Source: Ochrobactrum phage ZX86
DNA length: 24,000 nucleotides
Sequence record: PV394112.1
Reading direction: 5' to 3' (one strand)
Positions 1 through 6,438 of this stretch are shown here, in pieces; the stretch's first letter is position 1; every line of letters starts with the position of its first letter. The notes under the pieces are model-generated. The model was not told where the DNA came from. It made no database searches and saw only the letters and a list, made by a program, of their open reading frames with translations. A program made the position numbers and the translations under genes.

Positions 1-7
1 CCACATC

Positions 8-268
8 ATGGTGCTTGATATTGAGACACTCGACATCAAAATCAGAGGGAAACCCGGAAGGATGATCTTAGATGACCCGCTTGCATCGGAATACGGTGAA
101 CCTGCTGAATGTAAAGAAGAGCGAAGCTCACCTCGTGTTCGACACAGAAACAAGATACCTTCTGTGGCAGAGAGAGCACGCCAGAGGAAGGACGCATTAC
201 TTACTCACCTACGGGGAGAGCGTCCGGTTGCGAGAGCTTCGCGCAGCAAGAAAGGCAAGGGCCGATGA
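8..268 (+). CDS. hypothetical protein (86 aa from first visible start; true start may lie upstream of the window)
   Basis: ORF in the coding direction. Its stop overlaps the next ATG (ATGA at 265-268). C-terminus is basic (SRSKKGKGR). Confidence 0.5.
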   Translation: MVLDIETLDIKIRGKPGRMILDDPLASEYGEPAECKEERSSPRVRHRNKIPSVAERARQRKDALLTHLRGERPVARASRSKKGKGR

Positions 269-441
269 GCAGGCTCGGAATAGCAGCGTTAGGCGCTGCG
301 ATGATGGCAGCGTCGATGTCCTCGGCTACCTCTTGGCAGCACGCCCGGCCATACGAGAAGCCGACCAAACGATTATCGTCCAAGCGGTTGAAGCAATTAA
401 CCAAACGCTCAATCGACAAGAAGAACAGGAAACGAAAATGA
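265..441 (+). CDS. small basic hypothetical protein, 58 aa, hydrophobic/small-residue N-terminus and Lys/Arg-rich tail
   Basis: Not in the supplied ORF track. Manual translation MSRLGIAALGAAMMAASMSSATSWQHARPYEKPTKRLSSKRLKQLTKRSIDKKNRKRK*. ATGA junctions with both neighbours (265-268 and 438-441). Confidence 0.5.
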   Translation: MSRLGIAALGAAMMAASMSSATSWQHARPYEKPTKRLSSKRLKQLTKRSIDKKNRKRK

Positions 442-878
442 GCACTACCGCCGACAAACTGGCCAAGGCACTCGAAGCACGCGGTCAACTCAACAAGCTG
501 ATCCACGATCTTGAAGTGGAACAGCGACAGGCTGACGCTATTGCCGTACAGCGTGAGCGTAATGACAAGCTGGAGGAATACAATAACCTCAAGTATGCAG
601 CACGCTTCACACCATATCCTGACCTGTATTTCCGTTGGTCAACTGCATCACCAAACCGCATCAAGCTGATCTTTGATCCAGCGTTCCCAAAGCGTGGTGT
701 GTATGCAGACGGTCAGTCCGGCTCGATCATTGTTGATCTGCTGAAGCGCATTGCAATGACGCACAAACAGCTTGATCAGCCAACCAGCAATGGCGTGTAC
801 GCTATGCTGTACCGTCAGGCACAGAATGGTGAGCTACCTGTGAACGAAAATCACAACGCTCACATGAAACACCTCTAA
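438..878 (+). CDS. hypothetical protein, 146 aa
   Basis: In-frame ATG at 438 (MSTTADKLAKALEARG...) preceded by AGGAA and coupled by ATGA to the upstream ORF. Preferred to the track start at 72, which overlaps two other ORFs. Confidence 0.7.
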   Translation: MSTTADKLAKALEARGQLNKLIHDLEVEQRQADAIAVQRERNDKLEEYNNLKYAARFTPYPDLYFRWSTASPNRIKLIFDPAFPKRGVYADGQSGSIIVDLLKRIAMTHKQLDQPTSNGVYAMLYRQAQNGELPVNENHNAHMKHL

Positions 879-890
879 GGAACCATTGAG

Positions 891-1079
891 ATGGATGAAG
901 TCACTCAGCTTAAAATTCAGGTGTCTATCCTGGAAAAAGGTATGCGAGATATTGCAACCATCGGGACTAAAGACCCTGAAAACATTCACGAAAGTCAAGT
1001 TCAGCGGTACTCGACTGGTGCCGTGACAATCGCCAATACAGCCTTGCGTATGGCTGCTGCAATAGCAGACGTAAAATAA
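891..1079 (+). CDS. hypothetical protein, 62 aa
   Basis: ATG preceded by AAGGAA about 10 nt upstream; compact placement 12 nt after the previous stop. Confidence 0.6.
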   Translation: MDEVTQLKIQVSILEKGMRDIATIGTKDPENIHESQVQRYSTGAVTIANTALRMAAAIADVK

Positions 1080-1084
1080 TAACC

Positions 1085-1104
1085 ACCCATCAGAAATGAT
1101 GGGT
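1085..1104 (+). terminator. stem-loop ACCCATCA-GAAA-TGATGGGT (terminator-like or RNA-processing hairpin)
   Basis: Perfect 8-bp stem with GNRA-type GAAA loop just after the stop codon at 1079; no T-tract. Confidence 0.5.
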
Positions 1105-1106
1105 TC

Positions 1107-1189
1107 GGTGATCCAAGATGCTTAACTGCTGGCCAGCAAGGTAAAGCTCTGCCAATGGCACCCGGTTCGACCCCGGCTCTTGGATTACC
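1107..1189 (+). ncRNA. cloverleaf / tRNA-like structured element
   Basis: 12-bp closing stem GGTGATCCAAGA/TCTTGGATTACC (one G-U). Inside: GCTT/AAGC D-like stem with AGGTA in its loop, TGCC-AAT-GGCA hairpin, and CCGG-TTCGACC-CCGG T-arm-like hairpin. Not a canonical tRNA: no 7-nt anticodon loop and no CCA. Confidence 0.4.
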
Positions 1190-1222
1190 CAACTCATTAT
1201 CCAGATAATATAGGAGACTAAT

Positions 1223-2428
1223 ATGTTCCAGACTTTCACTGGCAAGCAGTACCTCATGATCGACATTGCAAACAATTTCGGTCTGGATAAAGACGACTGG
1301 GATGATCGCCTCGCATGGTTCGAGAAGAACGAAGCCACGCTTGAGAGCCTCTCCTCTGCTGCCGCAGAGCCGGCTCTCTTCGCTGCTGGTGTCCGTGCAT
1401 GGCGTAATGTGCAGAAGGGTGGTGTAAACCACTATCCAATCTCATTGGACGCTACATCGTCCGGTATTCAGTTGCTCTCTTGCTTGACCGGCGACCGCAA
1501 GGGTGCCGAGCTTTGCAACGTGATCGACATCGGTCATCGTGCAGATGCTTATACGATCCAGTACAAGAACATGCTTGAAAAGACCGGCGGCGATGCACGT
1601 GTGGATCGCAGCAAGTGTAAGGATGCAATCATGACTGCATTCTATGGTTCCGAGGCAACGCCAAAGAAGGTGTTCGGTGAAGGTCAGCTTCTGGCTATCT
1701 TCAATGAAACCATGGAAGAAGGTGCACCATACGCATGGGAACTGAATCAAGCTTGCTTGGCAATCTGGAACCCGGAAGCAACCAGCTATGATTGGGTGAT
1801 GCCGAACAACTTCCATGTTCACATCAAAGTCATGAATCAAGTGACGGAGACTGTTCACTTCCTCGACAAGCCATATGACGTTCATTACACCGTTCAGATG
1901 GCAATTGAGAAGGGACGCTCCCTGTGTGCCAACATGACCCACTCGGTCGATGGTATGGTCGTATCTGAAATGAAGTCACGTTGTGGCTTCGATCCGATTA
2001 TCACCACATTCTTGCATGGCCTCTGTGCTGCCTCTCCGAAAGGAAAGACCGGCATTGGCCGTATGGCTGATGAAATGGTCTCGACTATCTGGGGCCATTA
2101 CACCGATAGCGGCTTCCTGTCTGTCCGTATCCTCGACTATCTGGATGCAGAAAACATTGATCTGGTTGATCGTCAGGTAATTCGTGACCTCATCCAGACA
2201 CTGCCAGCGAAGCCATTCGATATTATCTCAGTGCACGACTGCTTCCGTTGTCTCCCAAACTACGGCAACGATCTTCGTCGCCAGTACAATCAGATTTTGT
2301 CTGATATTGCTCGTTCTGATCTGCTGTCATTCCTTATGTCGCAGATATTGGGCCGTATCGTCACAATCGAAAAGGGTGACAAGGAGATGTGGAAGGATAT
2401 TCTTGAAGCAAACTATGCTTTGAGCTAA
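1223..2428 (+). CDS. single-subunit (T7/N4-type) RNA polymerase, C-terminal catalytic subunit; N4 RNAPII gp16-like
   Basis: 401 aa. Motif A-like YPISLDATSSGIQLLS, O-helix/motif B-like DRSKCKDAIMTAFYGS, motif C ISVHDCFRCLP. Starts only about 70 aa before motif A, as expected for the large-palm half of the N4 heterodimeric RNAPII. RBS TAGGAG at 1211. Confidence 0.88.
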   Translation: MFQTFTGKQYLMIDIANNFGLDKDDWDDRLAWFEKNEATLESLSSAAAEPALFAAGVRAWRNVQKGGVNHYPISLDATSSGIQLLSCLTGDRKGAELCNVIDIGHRADAYTIQYKNMLEKTGGDARVDRSKCKDAIMTAFYGSEATPKKVFGEGQLLAIFNETMEEGAPYAWELNQACLAIWNPEATSYDWVMPNNFHVHIKVMNQVTETVHFLDKPYDVHYTVQMAIEKGRSLCANMTHSVDGMVVSEMKSRCGFDPIITTFLHGLCAASPKGKTGIGRMADEMVSTIWGHYTDSGFLSVRILDYLDAENIDLVDRQVIRDLIQTLPAKPFDIISVHDCFRCLPNYGNDLRRQYNQILSDIARSDLLSFLMSQILGRIVTIEKGDKEMWKDILEANYALS

Positions 2429-2435
2429 AGAAAAT

Positions 2436-2465
2436 GGCATCCCCCATCGGGGGTGCCGTCTCTTT
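2436..2465 (+). terminator. Rho-independent-like terminator after RNAP gene
   Basis: GGCA(T)CCCCC-ATC-GGGGGTGCC stem followed by GTCTCTTT; 8 nt after the stop at 2428. Confidence 0.65.
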
Positions 2466-2485
2466 GCAAAGAAGGATAGACTTTA

Positions 2486-3043
2486 ATGAGCACTTGGCAC
2501 GTTGGCCTCTCTGTACCGCTCAAGCAGATTTTCATCGCACTGTCTGCCGCAGCACTGCCCGCCACTCACCCAAAAATTGGTGAGTTCACACACGATGACA
2601 GCGGTTCTCTTGATCCGTTGGACGGTGCTGTGTCACACGCAATCTACACACATGTTCAGGAACTGGTTTATCACCGCTCTGACACTGTGCAGAACACGGC
2701 TGCATTCTTCCCTGAGAACATCACCGATCTTCAGAAATACGCTATCATTACTGATGCGTTTACGAAGGTCACAGGTTTGACTGTCGCAGGTGATGTTGAT
2801 GTCTCCATCGCCAACAATACCGATCTCACATCGGAATTGACGTTGGCACCTGCCAATGCATACAATCGCGAGCTTACTGTGACCACGACTAATGCACAGG
2901 TCGCTACCGCTTGGGTAAAACCGGGCTGGACTGGAGGCAAGACCGAACTGATCATCCGCAGTCACAACAAAGGCAAGGCCACTATCGTCGTGACGTCGAT
3001 GGATGGTTACTTTGAAGCAAAGAAAGAAGTTACCGTCTATTAA
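2486..3043 (+). CDS. Ig-like (Big_2-type) domain protein; probable head decoration protein, N4 gp17-like by position
   Basis: 185 aa. C-terminal ~90 aa has a beta-rich Ig-like pattern (LTVAGDVDVSIANNTDLTSELTLAP...RELTVTTTNAQVATA...KATIVVTSMDGYFEAKKEVTVY). Immediately downstream of the RNAP gene, as gp17 is in N4. Confidence 0.6.
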   Translation: MSTWHVGLSVPLKQIFIALSAAALPATHPKIGEFTHDDSGSLDPLDGAVSHAIYTHVQELVYHRSDTVQNTAAFFPENITDLQKYAIITDAFTKVTGLTVAGDVDVSIANNTDLTSELTLAPANAYNRELTVTTTNAQVATAWVKPGWTGGKTELIIRSHNKGKATIVVTSMDGYFEAKKEVTVY

Positions 3044-3067
3044 TAGTTAGGTAATATTCGTTAAACG

Positions 3068-3093
3068 GCCCCGGAGAAATCCGGGGCTTTTTT
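3068..3093 (+). terminator. Rho-independent terminator
   Basis: GCCCCGG-AGAAAT-CCGGGGC followed by TTTTTT. Confidence 0.88.
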
Positions 3094-3110
3094 CGTTTCA
3101 GGAGATAGAA

Positions 3111-3440
3111 ATGAGCAATCGCCTTATCCTCTTGCAGTGCCAGTCACACGAAATCCTGACGCACGGAGGACCACGCAAGTTGAGGAACTTCCTCTTAATT
3201 ATCAACGCTGTAGCCGTTGCCGTCTTTTCCGATCGGTCCTCTGATAGCAACTATTACGAGGATGAGCATCTCGACAGATACATCAATCTTCAGATTGAGG
3301 TGTTCGAGGCTGCGCTGGGAACCAAGGTAGAAAGGCACACGCTTGATTATCCTGTGATGGATGCACGCAATGAGTTTTACAGCGCCTTCCGTAAGCCGGA
3401 CCAATCGGTACATTCACGGACTTACCCAGCACCAGTTTGA
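3111..3440 (+). CDS. hypothetical protein, 109 aa
   Basis: ATG preceded by GGAG about 7 nt upstream, directly after a terminator. Confidence 0.6.
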   Translation: MSNRLILLQCQSHEILTHGGPRKLRNFLLIINAVAVAVFSDRSSDSNYYEDEHLDRYINLQIEVFEAALGTKVERHTLDYPVMDARNEFYSAFRKPDQSVHSRTYPAPV

Positions 3441-3651
3441 ACTGTTTCAGTTCATCATGGATCATGGTTGCTCAGAACCGCCATATAATAGTGCGGTAAT
3501 TAGTAACCTAATGGAGATGGGTCTCATTCAATATGACTGCTCCGGCGAACTGCTGGTGCTTACCCACAAAGGAATGCAACATGCCCAGCGAATACGAGAG
3601 TGCTTTTTTGGACCACCTGCCCGACTGGGCAACACGAGCCGCCAAGACTGA
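3361..3651 (+). CDS. hypothetical protein, possible winged-helix fold
   Basis: ORF with LTQHQFELFQFIMDHG...SAVISNLMEMGLIQYDCSGELLVLTHKGMQHAQ, helix-helix-wing-like. Long overlap with the previous ORF, so the true start is uncertain (3361, 3370 or later). Confidence 0.45.
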   Translation: MHAMSFTAPSVSRTNRYIHGLTQHQFELFQFIMDHGCSEPPYNSAVISNLMEMGLIQYDCSGELLVLTHKGMQHAQRIRECFFGPPARLGNTSRQD

Positions 3652-3910
3652 CGGCATCGAAGCAATGCAGCAACTGTGCACCAAAGACGGTCGTCTGCAT
3701 GGCAATGCCACGGTTATCTCTGTCAAGGTACGCCAGACCAACCCGCTCGATCTCAGTATTGACGTGGTCACAGATGCAGGCAGCGTCATTGAAAAATACA
3801 GTCTGAGTGAAGTGCTATCCGGGTTCTATCTCGGTAAGTACATCATGAAGGATTATCCCACCACTGAAGCCCGTGCAGCGGTCATCAAGTATAATCTTGG
3901 TTGGGAATGA
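3581..3910 (+). CDS. hypothetical protein, 109 aa
   Basis: ATG at 3581 with AAGGAA upstream (MPSEYESAFLDHLPDW...); the track start at 3533 lacks an RBS. Confidence 0.6.
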   Translation: MPSEYESAFLDHLPDWATRAAKTDGIEAMQQLCTKDGRLHGNATVISVKVRQTNPLDLSIDVVTDAGSVIEKYSLSEVLSGFYLGKYIMKDYPTTEARAAVIKYNLGWE

Positions 3911-4245
3911 TCTTAGAGCGGCGGGATAGCATATTCGCTCGCATCTTTGAGCGTGTGGTTATCAATCCACTTACCGGATGCTGGGAATGGCAAGGTTCCG
4001 ATAGCGGGACTGGTAGAGGTGGCGGCTATGGCCGCATCTCAATAGACGGCTGCACCGCTGCCGTCCACATCGTCGTGTTCACCCATTTCTTTGGTTACAT
4101 ACCGGGGAAAAAGCAGGTGGATCACACATGCAACAACCGAATTTGCTGCAATCCTGAGCATCTCGAACTGGTGAGCCATAAGGTGAACCAAAAGAGAAAG
4201 GTGCAGCGTGCCAAGGAGAAAATCGAATGTCAGGTATGCAACTAA
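3907..4245 (+). CDS. HNH endonuclease (HNH_3-like, possible homing endonuclease)
   Basis: GCWEWQGSDS...GYGRISIDG...VHIVVFTHFFGYIPGKKQVDHTCNNRICCNPEHLELVSHKVNQKRK, a typical HNH_3 pattern. ATG 3907 overlaps the upstream stop (ATGA); the track start 3901 is TTG. Confidence 0.88.
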   Translation: MILERRDSIFARIFERVVINPLTGCWEWQGSDSGTGRGGGYGRISIDGCTAAVHIVVFTHFFGYIPGKKQVDHTCNNRICCNPEHLELVSHKVNQKRKVQRAKEKIECQVCN

Positions 4246-4574
4246 GTGTCGGCTATGCCGTAGCACTACGTACACCCGTCGATTACGACGAGATACAGGA
4301 TTACCTCGATAATAAGACGGATAATATCCGTATCAGTTACGATGGCTCTGTCATCTTTACTGCCACCAGTACGTCACAGGATGAAACCTGCGGCTGGTGG
4401 GTGCTGCCTCCAATGATTGAATTCATGAATGAGGTGAATGAGCACAGCGAAAAACTCCAGCCGGACTGGACCAGTATCCGTCCTGTGGTTCAGCACTATT
4501 ACAACGGGACGGATGACTATTTCTCCGAACTGACCGCCGAAACTCTCCGTAACAAGGAACATGGAACGAAATGA
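4227..4574 (+). CDS. hypothetical protein, 115 aa
   Basis: Compact ORF overlapping both neighbours in the operon-like array. Confidence 0.55.
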   Translation: MSGMQLSVGYAVALRTPVDYDEIQDYLDNKTDNIRISYDGSVIFTATSTSQDETCGWWVLPPMIEFMNEVNEHSEKLQPDWTSIRPVVQHYYNGTDDYFSELTAETLRNKEHGTK

Positions 4575-5326
4575 GCGTTTTCCAAGAGCAGGACGAACTG
4601 ATCTCCCGTACTGGGCATCTGTTCGGTATCTTCAAGCAGTCCAAAGCGGCTGTGCGTCCACACTTCTTCCTCACCGGCCCGACTGGTACAGGTAAGACCC
4701 ACATTATCCTGAAGGCTGCTGAAGCTGAAAAGCTAAACATGTTCACGATCAATGCGGCACAGCTTACCGCTGAAGGCTTGTCGGGGAACTCCCTGTCAAA
4801 AGCTTTGCGACCGCTGCGTGGTCACTGGGATCAGCCGTCAATCGTCTTTGTCGATGAGTTCGACAAGCTGTTTATGCGTAATGGTGAAGTACAAGGGGAC
4901 CACCAGACCGCAGTGCAGGATGAATTTTTGGGCATCCTCGAAGCCGAATTCGCCGCAGTGTTTACCGATTATGGTAAATATGAACAGGTGAAGGTGAATA
5001 ACGTGCTATTCGTTTTCGCAGGCGCCTTCAATGGCCAGAATATCACAACTCATAAGCAGTTGCGTGATGCTGGCATGCGTCCCGAATTCATTGGCCGTGT
5101 TCCGTTGATCTTCGGCACGCAAGAAATCTCTCTGGATAGCATCTTGCTTTCCGTCGAGAAGATGGAGACCTATCGAGCATACCGCACGCTATTCCCGAAA
5201 GACAAGCGTGGGGTAAATCGCGATCTGATGGAAATCAGAAAGCGTATCGCTGATGCATACGAAGACAATGTTATCGGTCTTCGCATCATCAATTTCGTCA
5301 TTCACCAGTATTTCATGGAAGACTAA
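4571..5326 (+). CDS. AAA+ ATPase (ClpX/FtsH-like core)
   Basis: Walker A FLTGPTGTGKTHI, Walker B SIVFVDEFDKLF, sensor/arginine region RPEFIGRVPLI; ATGA coupling with the upstream ORF. Confidence 0.85.
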   Translation: MSVFQEQDELISRTGHLFGIFKQSKAAVRPHFFLTGPTGTGKTHIILKAAEAEKLNMFTINAAQLTAEGLSGNSLSKALRPLRGHWDQPSIVFVDEFDKLFMRNGEVQGDHQTAVQDEFLGILEAEFAAVFTDYGKYEQVKVNNVLFVFAGAFNGQNITTHKQLRDAGMRPEFIGRVPLIFGTQEISLDSILLSVEKMETYRAYRTLFPKDKRGVNRDLMEIRKRIADAYEDNVIGLRIINFVIHQYFMED

Positions 5327-5327
5327 T

Positions 5328-6434
5328 ATGTCCGATCCACAGATTGATGCAGTCACGTCAGCGACTGACGTAAACCTCTATGCAGCGAAGCCACGCGAAA
5401 TTCAGCGTATGACGGCTCGCTGTCTGGAAAAGGGACTTGTCCCATTCATTCAGGGTTCGCCGGGCGTCGGTAAGACCTCGCTGCTGCGTGCCATTGCTAA
5501 GGCAATGGACCTGAAGCTTATCGATCATCGTGTCGCTGGCTCCGGCCCGGAAGACTTCAACGGTCTGCCTGATCTGGCTGGCGAAAAGGCTGTGATGAAG
5601 CCTTTCACCATGTTCCCAACGGAAGGCGATCCGATCCCGACCAACCCGGAAACAGGCAAGCCTTACAAGGGCTGGCTGCTTCACCTGTCGGAATTCAACT
5701 CCGGCCTGCCCATGGTCACGGTTGCAGCTTACAAGCTGCTGCTGGAACGTGAAGTCGGTCAGTTGAAGCTGCACGAAAACGTGCATATCGTCTGTGACGG
5801 TAACAACGACGAAGATCGTGCGATCACGCAGGAACTCGGTACGGCGATGAAAACTCGTCTGATCTGGCTCAAGATGGTTCTCGATGGTGGCAAACGCGAC
5901 CAGTTCGATGAATTCATCAAGGACGTTGCGATCCCGTTGGAATGGGACAATCGTGTCATTGCCTTCCTTCACCACAAGCCTGAATATCTCAACAATTTCA
6001 AGGCTGACAGTCAGGAAAGCACGCAGTCGGTTCCACGTACTTGGGACTTCGCACAGTCGCTGGCAAAAGGCTATGAAATCGGTATCGAAGATGCCCCACT
6101 CTATGCCGGTACGCTGGGTGCGTCTGTTGGTGCAGAATTCGTGTCGTTCGCTGAACTGTTCACGAAAATTCCAAACCTCGACGCTGTCATCGCTGATCCA
6201 CTGAACTCGGCAATGCCAGCCGATCAGGGCGTCAAATGGGCGACCGTTGCCGCTGCTGTGGCAAAGGCTGACAAGGATAACCTTGCGGCACTCGGTGAGT
6301 ACATCGAAGTGTTCCCGCTGGCATTCCGTGTCATGTTCTGGCGTCTGCTTCAGGTCCAGAAGGCTTGGGTACGCAACGAAGCTTCGTTCCGCCGTGCGTT
6401 CGTAGCACTGGGTACGTATCTGTATAAGGACTAA
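5328..6434 (+). CDS. MoxR-like AAA+ ATPase
   Basis: Walker A IQGSPGVGKTSLL, PEDFNGLPD motif, Walker B-like NVHIVCDGN, sensor region AITQELGTAMKTRL. ATG 5328 follows the previous stop; the track start at 5253 is inside the upstream gene. Confidence 0.85.
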   Translation: MSDPQIDAVTSATDVNLYAAKPREIQRMTARCLEKGLVPFIQGSPGVGKTSLLRAIAKAMDLKLIDHRVAGSGPEDFNGLPDLAGEKAVMKPFTMFPTEGDPIPTNPETGKPYKGWLLHLSEFNSGLPMVTVAAYKLLLEREVGQLKLHENVHIVCDGNNDEDRAITQELGTAMKTRLIWLKMVLDGGKRDQFDEFIKDVAIPLEWDNRVIAFLHHKPEYLNNFKADSQESTQSVPRTWDFAQSLAKGYEIGIEDAPLYAGTLGASVGAEFVSFAELFTKIPNLDAVIADPLNSAMPADQGVKWATVAAAVAKADKDNLAALGEYIEVFPLAFRVMFWRLLQVQKAWVRNEASFRRAFVALGTYLYKD

Positions 6435-6438
6435 GGTA

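Noticed and set aside
72-437. Upstream extension of the 438-878 gene as given in the ORF track (268 aa)
   Set aside because: It would overlap two other ORFs; the ATG at 438 has an RBS and an ATGA junction.
1127-1138. TGCTGGCCAGCA as a stand-alone restriction/operator palindrome
   Set aside because: A single 12-nt palindrome is easily explained as part of the larger folded element; no other copies were noticed nearby.
1112-1184. A functional tRNA gene
   Set aside because: Acceptor-like and T-arm-like parts are good, but there is no 7-nt anticodon loop with U33, the T-stem has a C-C mismatch, the D-loop is too long and no CCA follows. Reported only as tRNA-like.
2486-2600. Signal peptide on the Ig-like protein (FIALSAAALPATHP)
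   Set aside because: The hydrophobic stretch is not preceded by a clear basic n-region, and the position by synteny suggests a capsid decoration protein rather than a secreted one.
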